A DNA stretch of 64,000 nt from Fimicolochytrium jonesii (lineage: Eukaryota): the NCBI RefSeq assembly GCF_025526975.1, contig NW_026515672.1, positions 682,001 through 746,000 on the forward strand. The letters are read 5' to 3'. A program made the position numbers and the translations under genes. Every line of letters begins with the position of its first letter. Position 1 is the stretch's first letter. Below the pieces are notes generated by a model. It searched no databases. It was given only the letters and a program-made list of their open reading frames with translations, and had not been told where the DNA came from. Shown here piece by piece: positions 1-13,586 of this stretch.

Positions 1-373
1 CTACGCAGCGGCCTTCTCCTTTCTCGAAGGCTGGGTGATCATCGCCCTTCTCTTCGTATACGACCTCTACTTCGGCCCCCAAACGCCCAAGTTGGAACCA
101 AGATGGAGCACGCGCGAAGTTTTCAGAACCGTTCCATGGTGGGCCTGGTTCGGCGGCGTGATGGGAGCCCTCTACGTCCTGGCCGTCACTGTTCTCATCC
201 CAAGGTTGGGCGCCGCCACGGTGTTGGGGACGGGTGTGTGTGCGCTGGTGATCTCGGCGGTGATTTGCGATCATTTTGCGTGGTTTGGGTTGCCCCGCAC
301 GCCTGCGAGTATCGCCCGGCTGGTGGGAGTGTGCATCTTGGTTGCCGGGGTGGTAATGATTACCATTTTATAG
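1..373 (+). CDS. DMT-superfamily transporter, YdcZ/DUF606-like; 3' part only (5' end lies outside the window)
   Basis: Hydrophobic ORF with PWWAWFGGVMGALYV...LIPRLGAA...DHFAWFG...RLVGVCILVAGV, the typical YdcZ-type pattern. Confidence 0.75.
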   Translation, partial: YAAAFSFLEGWVIIALLFVYDLYFGPQTPKLEPRWSTREVFRTVPWWAWFGGVMGALYVLAVTVLIPRLGAATVLGTGVCALVISAVICDHFAWFGLPRTPASIARLVGVCILVAGVVMITIL

Positions 374-859
374 AATTGGCGATGGGTACTAGACTGTATA
401 GATTCTATTTCTGATACTAGCGGAATATCACATAATTTAAGCCGATGTCACGGAAGTGGAGTACAGGCGCCGTCCCTCGTCACTTGAAGGTCGGCCAAAC
501 TTTCTCTCCAGCAATTTTTATTTTCTCAACTTCCTTTGAGGGGTCTTCTCTTCTGCCGTCCGCCCTGAATCTCATCCATTTGCTGCACTTGGATATCAAA
601 CTTCGTGAAGTGTAGTGTACGTAGCTTGCGGTTCGCTTTCGGCGCGCGTGCAGTTTGGCGTGGCCCAGGCGGCGCGACAAGGTTCGGACGCACCGCAACA
701 AACTCGAAACCTTCTCCCTCGCCCTGCCTGTCGCGGGGATGAAAGCAAGTCAGTCTCTGGCACAGGCACACCCGCACACCACCCTCTCAACTCTCTGGAC
801 TCTCGCAGGACCGTGATATAATCGCTCGCTCCCTCGCTCCCTCCAACTTCACCTTGGAA

Positions 860-2026
860 ATGGGCGGACACGACGATGGTCACCGCCTATGTCCCTTTTG
901 CGGCATCCCCTTCCTCCAGGTCGACCAGCCCCGTCCCGTTCAGGTTGCAAAGACCCTTCTCACTGCCGACGGGAACTGGTTCGCCTTCGCCGTTGCCCTC
1001 TACCGCAACTACCTCACCCCAGAAGGCCTGGTCGTCGAGCCCGTCAACCCGGCCTTTTTGATGGTGCGCAACGAGTATCGCTTCGACCCTTTTCATTTTC
1101 AGAGCACAGGAGGCTGGGTGCCCCAGCGCTGGTCGGAGGACGCCGACCTGGCCCCGACCTGGGCCGAGGCGAACGACAATCAGTCCGACGAAGACGAACC
1201 CCTGCCGAACCGCATTCGCCCCGACAGCGGCGAAGATGACGAGGGATATGTGGAACTATTAGACTTTGACTCGTACCTGTGTTCGGACTCCGGAGACGGA
1301 AACAGGGGGGTGGCCGTCCATCCCGGCTGTCTGCGCCTTGCCACTGCTTGGGCAGGCATTGATGAGGATGCCTGGCCGCAGGAGTTCTTCACCCATCCCA
1401 CCGGCGGCCCCATTCTGGCGTGCGCCTGTCACAGCCAAGATTTCAGGCGTTTCCCCACTTTCGACTACACAGATAGCGCCGAAGACCATTCCGGGTGCGT
1501 GCTTTATGACACCGACACACTGTACTTCAACGAGCGAGTCAAGATTTACGGAGTCGATATGGAACTTCCTTTCGAGACTTCCCGGTGGGACGATTGGTAT
1601 AACACGGAAGACGAGATCGTCGGCAATCCTGGGGCCGAAATGCCACGGCTCGTCCTCAGCGAGGTCGACGAGTGGGTCATGGTCCGCCCAGACAGGTTCC
1701 CAGAATTACCTCACCTTGCCCCGCACACTCACGCTTCAATAACACCCACCGCCCCATCTCAATCATCGACCTACGCTGACAAGAAACGCACCGCCACCCT
1801 GGTCCGCAAAGTCATGGAAGACCGCAAGGTTATACCGGACTGGAGAACCTACTACATCCGCTGCGCGACAAGCCGCAGCATGCGCAACCGTTCTCGCATT
1901 CACCGCATCGTCATGCACGCACGCAGAATCTTTCGCGATGAGGAATGGCGCACCAAGGAGACATTTTGCAACCTGGAGGGTCACTGGCTGAGTCTCGTTT
2001 CGAGGCAAGGTGATCGGTCAGGGTAA
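860..2026 (+). CDS. Hypothetical fungal protein (N-terminal CxxC, VHPGC and C-terminal DWxxYY...SMRNRxRI motifs)
   Basis: Long ORF of about 388 aa from ATG 860 with coding-like composition; the 3' end may be spliced. Confidence 0.6.
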   Translation: MGGHDDGHRLCPFCGIPFLQVDQPRPVQVAKTLLTADGNWFAFAVALYRNYLTPEGLVVEPVNPAFLMVRNEYRFDPFHFQSTGGWVPQRWSEDADLAPTWAEANDNQSDEDEPLPNRIRPDSGEDDEGYVELLDFDSYLCSDSGDGNRGVAVHPGCLRLATAWAGIDEDAWPQEFFTHPTGGPILACACHSQDFRRFPTFDYTDSAEDHSGCVLYDTDTLYFNERVKIYGVDMELPFETSRWDDWYNTEDEIVGNPGAEMPRLVLSEVDEWVMVRPDRFPELPHLAPHTHASITPTAPSQSSTYADKKRTATLVRKVMEDRKVIPDWRTYYIRCATSRSMRNRSRIHRIVMHARRIFRDEEWRTKETFCNLEGHWLSLVSRQGDRSG

Positions 2027-2538
2027 CGCTAATTACGGGCAACGGCCCTGTTGTCGGGAGAGCGGCATATCTTAGCTTAGACGGACGGGTTCTGTGTACT
2101 CGGCTTCAATTAGGAGGAGAGTTGGGACATGCTTAGGGTAGTTAATGGGACTTAAAGCAACGTTGAGAGTGGTCGAGTGAAATCTATTAGGACACCGCAT
2201 TTCGAACTGCATATTGTGTCGTCGATAGATAGACTGTACATAGAATAAGGGGCGAGAGAAGTCCAAGGAAGAAAACCAAAGACATTATGTATTAACTTGG
2301 TAAAATCAGAAATGTCATATATGTCACAGAGAAGAGGGCACGTGGAAGATTCAGGGAATGATATGGGTACTGTGTACACAGCGGGATATGCAAAATCAAG
2401 AGGAGGGCGGTAGTCCTTCGCAAAATGCGGCTTGAGAAGAATGTACAGAAGGAAGGTTGGAAGGGGATGAGGTTGTGGCCGGCGACAGGTTGACCGATGC
2501 TCGGTGATGATGTCGCAGGTTACAAAAGGGTTACGTGT

Positions 2539-4225
2539 TTACTTCGCATAGCTAGCGCGTTTATTCACCCGCTTGTGCGATGTCTCCGCATGAGCTGATC
2601 CCCGAGGTAAGATGTCACTCTCAGCAGCCGGTGCCGTCATCCTCCAACCAAAGATCGAGCTCCTCCAATTTTTGTTCCGGCTTTTCTTCTTCTCCGAGGA
2701 GGAGGTCCTGAGCCCGCTGACAGCGCTGTCTCCGCTTTCCGAACTGAAGGAATGCGAAACGGGTGATGCCTCCACTGGGCGCGCCACGGGTTCGTGGGTG
2801 AGGGTACGCAGGGTTTTCGATTGAGCATAGTCATGAGGGGTGAAGTTCACTAATGGGCCGCCGGCGGTCTCGAAGGTCTGCGGTCCATGATATGGAGAGG
2901 GCCATATCATGGACTGCGGCCGACCACTTGGGGTTGGTGGGTACTGCGGTCCTTGTGCGTATGGTAGCCACTGCTGGCCGTATGGGGACACGTGCCGTGG
3001 GTCCACCATCGAGATGCAACTCATCCGTCTAGTGTCCACAAACGATGGGGTAAATGGGTAGTTCCCTGGTGCCGTGTTTGAGCGCTGGCGCACGTATGGA
3101 GGTTCCTGCTCTCTTGGTGGATACTTATGCCCGTGCGATGGGTGCTTGCCGGCGTTTAAGAGTCCGAGCGGTACATCTTCATCATCTTCATCTACAGCTT
3201 GCAAGGACGCGGTCGGGTGAGATGTATGCATGGGTGGATGCGGGGCGTGATGGTTACAGCAGCAAGTTGGGGCAGGTCCATGGGCGTATGGAGAATGCAC
3301 CATCATTGGGTGCGCATTGACGGTGGATACACCTTGGTATGAGAGGTTTGGTACGGAATGGTACATAGCGCTTGCGCGATGATGATCCAGCGACGGTCGT
3401 CGGTGGTCCACTGAGTACCGATGTGTCATTGGTGGCATTGGTGGCATCCCAGGTACGGAAACCAGCGGTGTTATCGACGGATTTTGACTCTGCACGCTAT
3501 ACCAAGACGCCCTTTTGTCGGGAGTGTTGAATACACCGGAAAGTGGCCGCCTGCCTCCGCTGCCGGACGTTTCCATGTAAGACTGACGCTTGTTGGGGAC
3601 CGTCATTGCCCCAGATCGAGGATCTGCCGCGAGAGACTTTCTCGACTCGCGGGTCGGGACACAGTCATTCTCGAATGAGATCTTCTTCTTTGGGGCTTTT
3701 GGTATGGGGACCGCTACGGGCTTGGCCACTTTAGGCGAAGGCGCCCGTGACGCACCCATCAATCGAACTCGCTTCCATATCGTAGCTTTCGGTGGTGGGG
3801 ATGGGGCTCGCGACCTAAGACGTGAAATGTTTTGATTAGATGTCGCTTCCTCCAGGTTGAGACTAAATGTTACAACTATACCTCTCCGGTTCCGCCTCCG
3901 TGTCCATAGCGCCGAGGGATGAACCGCTCAACGATGGCGACGTCGGGGGAGTGGGTGGCGCCGCCGTCGACAGGACGACAGACTGCCTCCTTGCATACTT
4001 CTCACGCCGCCGATTCTCCCGCTCAAAAGCCTCGTCCTGCTTCCTGCGCAAGTCTTCCGTAGGAGCCTGAGCGACGTTCTCGTTGGTTTTGTCGATTACG
4101 TTGAGCACGTCACCCAGCATAGTTGCGAATGTGTCGTCGCCTTCCGTCCAGACCGTGGACGGTTCCGCCGCGTCGTCCATGAAGCTGAGGTCGAGCTTGA
4201 ATGGTGTTGAGGCATGAGTGTCCAT
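2539..4225 (-). CDS. Hypothetical Pro/Ser/His-rich disordered protein (2 exons, intron about 3880-3814)
   Basis: ORFs 3863-4429 (MDTHAST start at 4225) and 2539-3762 are linked by a GT...CTAAT...TAG intron. Confidence 0.65.
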
Positions 4226-6612
4226 TGCCGCGGGAGAATAGGTGTTGCCGAAGAGGATGCTCTGAATCTTGCTTGACTGGACTCGATGGGTGGGGGGGGG
4301 GAGTGATCTTCCACCTTTCCTGCACCAGAAAAGACTTGCAAAGGGAAGTTGGGGAGTCGGAGGCCTAGTAACGTTGACGTCGCCAGGGCAGGTGCACTCT
4401 TGATGATGGATGAGCTCAGACAAGAACACAGGGACAGATCAAGAATGCCGCACGTTCACCTTCTCGGTGTCGCGAAAGAAGGGCACAGAGACACACCACA
4501 CACACGCGAACGCCGACCACCGGTGCAGACAACGCTTGGGGCTGAGTGATCCGGAATGTGCACCCTCCCTTGCTCAGGTCCGGGTTCCAGGGTCTGAGGC
4601 ACTCGCTCCTTCGGCCGTCCGTCCGTCACCTCTCATTCAACCAGGGGCAGCTGTGTTTGAGCAGCATCATCGCCTTTCTTGTTACACATGTTGGAATCTC
4701 CAGGCGGACAGCAGACCCAAAAATAGGGTCCCCGAGTGACTGCAAGGTCAATCAACGCAATATGATCTCTTGGCTCCGGGGAGCACGCGTCCGCACTGAG
4801 CAGGGTTCACAGTCACTATTGTGGGGACTCACTGCGGATGGATCGCACGCGTGCCTTTCATTAGTCATTTATAAGTAACCGGTCAAATTTGTTTGATTTC
4901 ATTTGGCCGGTAAAACCGCGGCCCTGGTCATGGGGTCCAACTTTCAAGTGCCCAGGCCGCAATGGAACATCCACAGCGGCGAGCCGCGCCTGCATAATGC
5001 CACATTGCCAAGGACGATGCGAGACGGGATGTGGAGGTTGACTCCGGAATCCAGTCCATATCGAGTGGACGATCCAGGCATAGGGGATCTGGACCGGGAA
5101 CTGGACATGTACCGTACAGTCCTGTATACATACATAGATAAGCTACCATCCAGTTGAGGCTCTCAAAGGAACGCGTTCGCGATGTTGATCTCTCACAAAC
5201 TGTCAATTCCAAGCTGGAACTCCCGTAGGATTCTGACTAGCATGTCGGTGTAGACCGCGAGGCTTCATCGACACCGAAGACTTCGAAGCATGACACATCG
5301 TCTGCGCTATAGCTCGCAGTTGGTCGGTTTCCGGATGGTTTCAAAGTGTTAAGTTGGTGCGTCGTAGTGGAGAAATCAACCTGCTCGCCTGCACGACGGT
5401 GGTTTTGGCCTCCCTCAAGTATGTCCAAAATCTCCTCACTCCCATCATCATCAACTCCTCTCCGCGGAAATGGGACTGAGGAACCGACGTACACGGCCTC
5501 ATTGAACAGACAGCCATGCCGACAGATGAAGAAAGGGAACCGGAAACCACGCGTTTTCTTCCATCTCAGCAACGGTTCTCAATGATGCGCTCTGTCATCC
5601 TTTTGAATGGGACATACGGCACGAGCCCGAATGGTGTGCTTGTGTACTGTTTCAGCCACCCAGAGAGACTCAGATGGCTAACATCCCATGCATAGTAGAT
5701 TCGAACGACAGTGCCTTTGCCTTCAACGCGAGGTTTGGCCCTTCGCCACCAGAATAGCTTTGTGAGCCCGCCTTCGAACGTGATCCTCAGACTTGGCGCT
5801 CACGTTTCTCGAGATGACCACGACGGAATCCGGTTGACCCTTTGAGGCGTACGTTCTCGCCATTTATTGCAGCGATCGAAGCTGGCGAGGCTGAAAAAAC
5901 GTTTTGCGTGTAAGGGGTTCAATGTGTCCTGTGAAGAACAAGCCTTTCACTCTGGCTTCCAGTGTCCTAGCGCCTTGTTGGATTTGCCCGGGGCCCAAAG
6001 CGGTCATATGCGCACTCTAAGTGGACGTGGGGTCGATGGGGGCGGTTGCAGGCTACTCGATTTTAGAACGGTGCACTCGCGGATACCATACCATTGGCAA
6101 GCGAAACGAAGTGGCCCCATCTCCGGAGAAAAAACATTCCCTTTTGGTGTTGGCGAGTTGCGATTCCTCCGTGAGACCAGAAATTATTCGTTCGATAGTG
6201 TCCTTTGACGAAAGTCGTCGGTGATTGCGTCTACGTGCTGAACTCCAGTCCGTCCCAGGTACTAGCCCCAGAGGCTCGTATGGAATCTAACCGCTGCCGA
6301 TCCTGGTCTTGCAGACGTTTTTCACTTCAACGACCCAATTCAACGACCCAATCCGACATCCCTCTTCGTCTCGCGTACTTGAACTTCTCAAAACTGAGGG
6401 CGGCCTACGTATCAAAGGAGATTCCCCAGGTTATAGCCCCGTTCTTGAATGTCGTCCTGCCGGAATGGATTCCTCGAATGCAAGAATTGTTGGATGCGAT
6501 TATATTCACAGACACGTGACCCAACCGGCATTTCGCAATTTACATGCGACATCGGAGAATGTAGCTTCGTTCGCATTCCATCCCACTTCAACCCCAATCT
6601 CACACAGCAACA

Positions 6613-7632
6613 ATGGGTACGTATACTCTCAGAGGAGGATGGGTCGCTTCCTGAGGTCGGGGCGACGAAACTCCGCCCGGCAAGATAGCCAATTGCAGGC
6701 ATTTCCAAGCTTGGGAGTGTAGCGGAGTTCACTTTTCCGTCTTCAATTATGGCAGGCGATCTCACAGTGTGTTTCTCTCCGTGATCAGCTCCCATCATCG
6801 GAAAGAAGGCTCCCAACTTCAGCACCCAGGCCCTCGTTGACGGCCAGTTCAAGAAAGTTTCCCTGGACGACTACAAGGGCAAATATGTTGTCCTGTTCTT
6901 CTACCCCATGGACTGTAAGTTCGAAATGACGATCAGACGACCGTCCCTGCGCTATGGATGCGGGAGGACATTGGCAGAGGCGATTGAGGACCGGAGCTGA
7001 TAGTTTTTATGACTTCCCTTTAGTCACCTTCGTGTGCCCCACCGAGATCATCGCTTTCAGCGACCGCGTTGAGGAGTTCCGCAAGCTGAACGCTGAGGTT
7101 ATCGCCGCTTCGACGGGTACGTCCACCCAGTCTGGTTCTGATGTTCTACAATCAGTGGAGGATGCTAAATCACAACTTCCCTACAGACACCGTTTTCTCT
7201 CACTTGGCATGGACCAACCAGCCCAGGAAGGACGGTGGTCTCGGAGAGATGAAGATCCCAATCTTGGCCGATGTGACCAAGAAGGTAGGGGCGAGTGCTT
7301 CGGATTCTCTGAAGATTACTGTGAGCGAAAGACTGACTGGGATGATGTGCACCATTTAGGTCTCCAGCGACTACGGTGTCCTGATCACCGAAGGTGATGA
7401 CGAAGGTGTTGCGCTCCGTGGTACCTTCATCATCGACCCCGAGCAGAACCTCCGCATCGCTCACGTGAACGACCTCCCCATCGGCCGTAACGTCTCCGAA
7501 TACATCCGTCTCGTCGAGGCTCTTCGCTTCCACGCGGAGCACGGTGAGGTCTGCCCCGCCAACTGGCAGAAGGGAGGAGCCACCATCAAGACCGACCCCA
7601 AGGCCAGCAAGGAGTACTTCAACAAGGTCTGA
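6613..7632 (+). CDS. TSA1: Typical 2-Cys peroxiredoxin (AhpC/Prx1), multi-exon
   Basis: Spliced reading gives [20 protein letters not shown]...DLPIGRN...HGEVCPANW; the first exon is ATG+G at 6613-6616. Confidence 0.95.
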
Positions 7633-8304
7633 TTGGATCCACAGCCGTCCCTTACCGTTAGAAACCCCTTGCAATCCTATGTATGAAGTGGAGAGAGCAT
7701 CTTGCATTTTTATCTCGCATCTTTTTATGTATTTACGTGGATCGACCCGCTTACATATGCAAGGGGTTCAGAATCAATCCGCATGCATGAAAGCTTCCAT
7801 AAATGTCATCCATTCTAACCTCTTTCCCTCTCTTCCGACCCTTACCTTTCCCCACACGTATTGGCTGCATCATAGATCGACGGAGTGCAACATCAGGCTA
7901 GTCGCAAGAGGATGGCAGAGGGATCTGCACAGGAACCTGACACGAAGAAGCGAAGGCCATGAGCATTGGTGCAACTCAGCGATGAAGTCTGTTATACCGG
8001 GTCGAAGTTCACAATCGGCGGGGAGAGTATATGTTTTACACACAATTTTCTTGACCAGATCAAATAAAATAAGGGAGGTGGGATGGTAATCTACGGAGGA
8101 TAATGATTGTTGCTGCTGTGTCGGTTGTGCCCCCGTAATGGTGTGCCCTCGATTCTGGAGAGCTCCGGCTATACTAATGTCTACGCCTAGGGTAACCGCA
8201 GGTGTGGCGATGCTGCTGTACATACGCGTGATCTAGATACAGGCAGATGCCGAGATACGAGGGATTCGAGATTGCCTCATACGGCCGAAATCGATGATCC
8301 TGGA

Positions 8305-10336
8305 TCACTGTTGCGGAGGCGCCCCAGGCTGGCCGGGCGGTGCCACCTGTCCCGCTCCATTCCAATAATCCCACAACTTGAGCCCCTTGCTCTTATTCTC
8401 CTCCATCTGCTTCTTGATAAACTCCTCCTGCTGCTTCTGCACCTCGTTCATCTGCTGCTTCATGTTATCCGCGTCCTGCTCCGCTAGGGCACGTTCTTCC
8501 CGTGCGAGACTCTCGATCGTGTCGATGATGTTGACGGGTTTGTGTGTGTTGCCTGTCACTCCGCCTAGCATACGGGAGAGCCATGACCGGGAGGAGTTGG
8601 TAGCTTCGTTAATTTCGGGGATGCGCTGGTTGAAGTCTTCGCGAACTTTTTCTTTGTAGGTTGCCCACGAGGAGGCAACATCGTCCGGGTCGATCGAGTT
8701 GACGATGTTGAGGATGGGACGGATGTCTTCCATGCCGTAAATGGTTGCGAATACGTACAGTTCTAGGAATGGGAACGTCACACGTGAGTGACCCTTCAGC
8801 AAGACATCTCCCTCCTACTCTACCCCTCTCACCTTCGAAGAACGTCTCCAGCTTCTTCAATTCCTGGTCTCCGCGCTCTCCCTTCCAGGGCTTCAGCTTC
8901 AATCCGTTCTCTGGCTGCAGCTTGTACGATTCGGGGTTGATGTCGAGGATGATGGTTTTGCCGATGTCGCGGTTAAGTTGGCTGAGGTCTTTGACGTAGA
9001 CGCCATCGACTAGTTTAGTATGGTCCCGGTAGAGACGATACATTGCGTAGAAGAAGTGAGGGTCTAATGCTTGGCACACTGGTTCGGCAAGCTTGGTATT
9101 GGAGAGAAGGGTGAGCGATTGCCTTCATCGCAAGGAATCGCAAGCACAAAGGACACTTACGTAGCCCGGCGAGTTGGTGAAAATGACGACTTCGTAGTAT
9201 CTGCTCAAGTTGGCCAAAAATTGCTTAACGCCTGGCCTTGTTGCTACCCGCCATCCAACAGATTTCTGATTATGAAATGAATCAGCAAAATGATACATGT
9301 TCCCGGACTGCATCGAAACCGGTTCTGCCAACGTACATCCCACTCCAAATGAACCAGCGCGTCGGTCAACTCCACGCAAAGCGTCAAAGGGCGTTGATAT
9401 GGGGCCGGTAGGGGGTCAGGTAGGAGTTTCGTCGAAACAGGGCTTTCGAGGGTCTATCAGCAGCGAGGCGGTTAAGTATTTCTTCGTGGCAGAATGCTAC
9501 TCGTTCGAAAACTCACAGTGCGAAGGTTTTTTAAGTTATTCCATGCGCGGATGTGGTAATTTGTGAAGTACGATTCTTCTGCATCGGCTCTCTGTTCCTC
9601 AGTGGGGATCCCTGTGCATCCATCGACGTTCCATCAGCATACACGTCCTGAGATATCGCTCGGACACGTCTCACACTCTCGGTGAGAGCGGATTGCTTTA
9701 CTGTCACCTACCCAAATAGACAAATGCGGAAAGCGAAAACATCCCAAGGGTAAACATAAACATCCGTGTGCTCCGCTGCATTTGCCTCTTTTCCTCCTCC
9801 TCTGCCTGCTGCTTCCACTTCTTTATCCTCTCTGCTTCCTTCGGATCCATGTGGTGATGGCCTTCATCGACTTCCGATTCCGCGCCAGCAGCTTTGCCGC
9901 CCCCTTGCGGGCCAGCGGCAGCCGCAGCCTCCCTCCGTCGCTGGTTAGCCGCAGCTTGTGCGAACAGGTCAAGCCCTTGGCTATCTGCGTCCTCCGCCTC
10001 CTGCTGGCTGTTCCGTTCCTTTCGCTCGGCCTCCTTCTCTGCCTCTCCCGGCGCGTTTGGGCTTGCGGCCTGGTCGTTGTTGTTGCCCCTCGGAGAGGAA
10101 GCTTTGTCTGCGTTCGGGTCAGAGGCCTTTATCCGGATGCCGGCTCTTTGTGTGAATTGGGCTAATGGTGTCGCACTCGGCCTGCCGAGTAACATGGGTA
10201 TCCGTGGGCTAACCGTGTTTCTGTATACGACGCTCGCCGATGAACTTTGTGCCCGGAAGGTGTTCAGTAATTGTGCTCCTGTTCCCGCTGGTTGTCGGAG
10301 CAAGCCCTTTGTTAGCGATGTCAATAACACCCGCAT
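8305..10336 (-). CDS. TIM50: Mitochondrial inner-membrane translocase subunit Tim50 (NIF/FCP1-like domain), multi-exon
   Basis: Presequence-like N-terminus, single TM segment, GWRVATRPGV..FL..LSRYYEVVIFT, YVKDLSQLNRD, LQPENG. Confidence 0.92.
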
Positions 10337-10700
10337 CGTTTTGTTGGCCTTGGCTCGGGAAAGCGAACAAGTGCTGGAAACTCGTTTTGCTTATAATTCT
10401 CAAGCGGCAAACAAGGTGAGCTACTAAATGTGAGGTAGGTCCTTCCAGCGAAGTCCTCCGTTCGTGTGGGATTGCTTTGAAGCTGTGATGGGGCGAATCT
10501 GCCGAGAAGAGCAGGTGTTGTTGCCAGCGAAACTCGGCGAATTCCCGCTTAGCTAATGACACCCGCACCCGATGTCACGTGGGCGTCCGCATTATTCAGG
10601 CCAGATTCTATTCAGGCCGGAAGGTGGCAATTGCATGCACGGCGGTCTTCAACCACGGCATCGACAGCCAGAATACCCCCACCGCTTTCTCAAGCAAGTC

Positions 10701-11828
10701 ATGACGGTCTTGCAGTCCATCCGCTCGCGGCTTCCGTCGCGGAACTGGTCCATCTTCTGGGGTGTGACCGGCGGCCTGACCGGCTTGGGCTTTTACGACA
10801 AATATCACCTGAAGCAAGTCCGTGAAGACCTCTCCTCAAGGGCGTCCGTGCTCGCGACCCAGCACATGCCAACTTGGGAAGTGCCAAGGAAAGTAAAGGT
10901 GTTTGTGGCTCCTACCCATTGGGCCAGGTATTGGTTCAAGGAATATGTCAAGCCAGGTGCGTTGAGTTACGTCGGAATTGCAATTTGCGTATGAGCACTT
11001 CTCTAAAGCAAGTCTACGCATATTACTCCAGTCTTTGATGCAGCAGCTCTCGACTACGAAGTGATCGAACCAAAGGATGCGGGTCAAGTGCGGCAGCAGG
11101 TCCGGGATCTGATTTGGAAGGGCAAAGATGAATTTAGGGCACGACCGGCGAATTATGTTTACGAAGCCAACCCGTACAACTCGTTAGCATTAAATGTGTT
11201 ATCAAAACCGACATACGATGCGGCGGAGGGGTTGGTTGCGGTGGGGCCGAACTCATGGAGGGAAGTGCTGAGAGGATTGAATGAGGGAGCTATGTCCGAG
11301 CGAGGAGTGGTGGACGTATTACTCAACGAGAAGGCAGCAGCGGAAGCTACTGCTGAAGCAGCGAAGGAAGTGGCGTCACCACCACCGACAGCGGGTGCTT
11401 CTGATGCAGCGGCGGAGACATCCTCCACATCACCAACGGCAGAAACAGCTACCCCGCCAACTCCACCAGCAACCCCAGCTGTCGCAAAAACCGACCCAGT
11501 CGTCCCTCCATCCCATCTCCTGGCGCAAAACCTTCCGCCATTTGCTCTCCCGTCGCTAGGCTACATAACAGGCCGCAACCAGTCCGGATACTCTGGGTTC
11601 CCAAAACGAATTTGGGGCTATTTCAATGAGCGCTACACGGCGCGCGAGATTGGTGAAGAAGCTTTGAAGATTGCGTTTGATCGTGTGCGCGAGTTCACGC
11701 CTGAGGATGCCAACTTGGGTGCCAAAGATGTGTATGTGCACAAGGACTGGGATGACGAGTTGAAGAAGGTGGTGGGAGAAGTACAGATTGAGGAACCGCT
11801 CTTGAGCAAGCTGTACATTTATGCTTAG
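10701..11828 (+). CDS. TIM54: Mitochondrial TIM22-complex subunit Tim54 (2 exons)
   Basis: RLPSRNWSIFW...YDK...PRKVKVF...WFKEYVKP|VFDAAALDYEV...YFNERY, matching the Tim54 signature. Confidence 0.85.
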
Positions 11829-12356
11829 GTAGATGGTGGATTCAGTTCCCCTGCGGCTCTTACATGCACAACCATCAGGATGCGCGGCCAGAGCCCAAGT
11901 AGTCGTAGTTTGGATAGCACCGCGTACATATGTATTTATTTGTCGCTTTACATCGTGTGTTTACATAGACGTTGATTCCGGGGCACAGAGCCATCTTACG
12001 GCCCTTTCCTCAAGTCCCGCATCGTTCAAAGTTAAACTGACTGCGATATAGTGCGAAGAAAACCGCAGGCATCATAATGTGGAAGCCATTGCAACTCATC
12101 TAGCTAGCTGATCCTTCCATGGCTTTCCACCTTCCATATGAGCAAAGGGGCTCGAAAGCGGAGTCTGGCACTGGGAGATTCGCGAATCCGTGCGCCTCCG
12201 CCACGCCACGCATGCGCCACACATATCTCCCTGGCTTTCCCATCTTTCCCGTCTCAACAAAGAGGCCCGGCAAAATAGCGATTCACAACGACAATCTGCT
12301 CTGGATAGAACACCGCAAACGCTACTCTCTCATATCACAACACACACCAAACGGCA

Positions 12357-13228
12357 ATGAGCGCACCAGTCTTCGGCAACTCAGCCGCCCCGGTCACGTC
12401 ACTTAGCGATATACGAACTTTTTCGCGCGGAGGGACCCGGTCACAGCCGGGACAGTGCCAGAAGTGTCTTGGTGAGTACTGCTATTGTGAACGGAGGGAT
12501 GTTCGAGCTGGGTCGGGGTCGGTGTGGTGCGATTGGGGCTTGGAAGGGTCGAACCTCTTGGTGGATAGGGTCTCGGAGATCACGGCGGCGCGGTGTTCAG
12601 TACGAAACCATTTAACGATGATCGGATTAGAAGTAGCGGCGGATGTGTCATGAGAAGCACATAGCACTATAGTCTGACCCATGTTTCTCCTCTTCCAGGC
12701 ACAGGACACTGGACGTACGAGTGCACCAACGCCAGACCCTACGTGCACCGCCCCTCGCGCACAAAACAGCTCGGCAAAGGCAAAGACGGCAAACTCGCCA
12801 GCGAGCAAGTCCGCGGTTCCTCCTCCGCATCCTCCTTGGGGCTACGAAAATCTGGCTCAACGAAAGGACTGGCGGATCAGATATTGAAGGAGAAGAAACT
12901 GGCACGGAAACGCGCGCGGAAGGGGAGTGATTCGGATTCGGACTCGGATTCTAGTTCGGATTCGGATTCGTCGAGTGATAGCAGCAGCTCAGATTCGGAT
13001 TCGGACTCGGATTCGGATAGTGGGAATGGGAGTAGTAGTGATACTAGTTCGAGCAACACTTCTTCGTCGGATTCAGATTCGGACTCGGATTCAGGTTCGG
13101 GTTCCGGCAGTGACTCGTCGCGGTCGTCGAGGGGAAAGTCGAAACGGAACAGTCGGAAAGAGAGTGGCGGACGTAAAGCTGATGATGGACGGAAGGGTGA
13201 TGACAGGAAACGTAGGAGGCTCTCGTGA
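12357..13228 (+). CDS. ZCCHC10-like zinc-knuckle protein with Ser/Asp-rich tail
   Basis: QCQKCL|GTGHWTYEC...RPYVHRPSRTKQL followed by (SD)n low complexity and a basic C-terminus. Confidence 0.8.
12926..13115 (+). repeat. Coding low-complexity (TCGGAT/TCGGAC)n repeat encoding SDSDSD
   Basis: Hexamer repeats visible directly in the sequence. Confidence 0.85.
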
Positions 13229-13586
13229 TTGCCTACATTAGCAAATATCGAGTGCTGGAAAGTTTGCGAGGGCTCCCAATGTAGTGCACCAATACCCATA
13301 TTCTCTTGTGTCGTTCGGCGTCTCGGGTAGTCGGGAAATCCATAGCACTATCCAAGCTTTCCGTTTTGTAAATAATTGCCATAGTATGCGCCGCTCATAA
13401 GTAAAATTTATGAGAATTTTCATTGTTATATGCAAGCCAAAAACGGAAAGAAAAGATGTTACAAGAAAGCAGCTTGCTCTGTACATCGTCCGCCAGTCGT
13501 ACGTTCGCCATGTCGAACGCACATATCATAAAATGTAACTCGGTATCCTGACGGCAAGCCTCCCGCCTATTTTCAGTGGAACCCAT

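Noticed and set aside
4430..6600. Several short ORFs in a 2-kb intergenic stretch
   Set aside because: No recognisable motifs or consistent splice structure; degenerate coding remnants cannot be excluded
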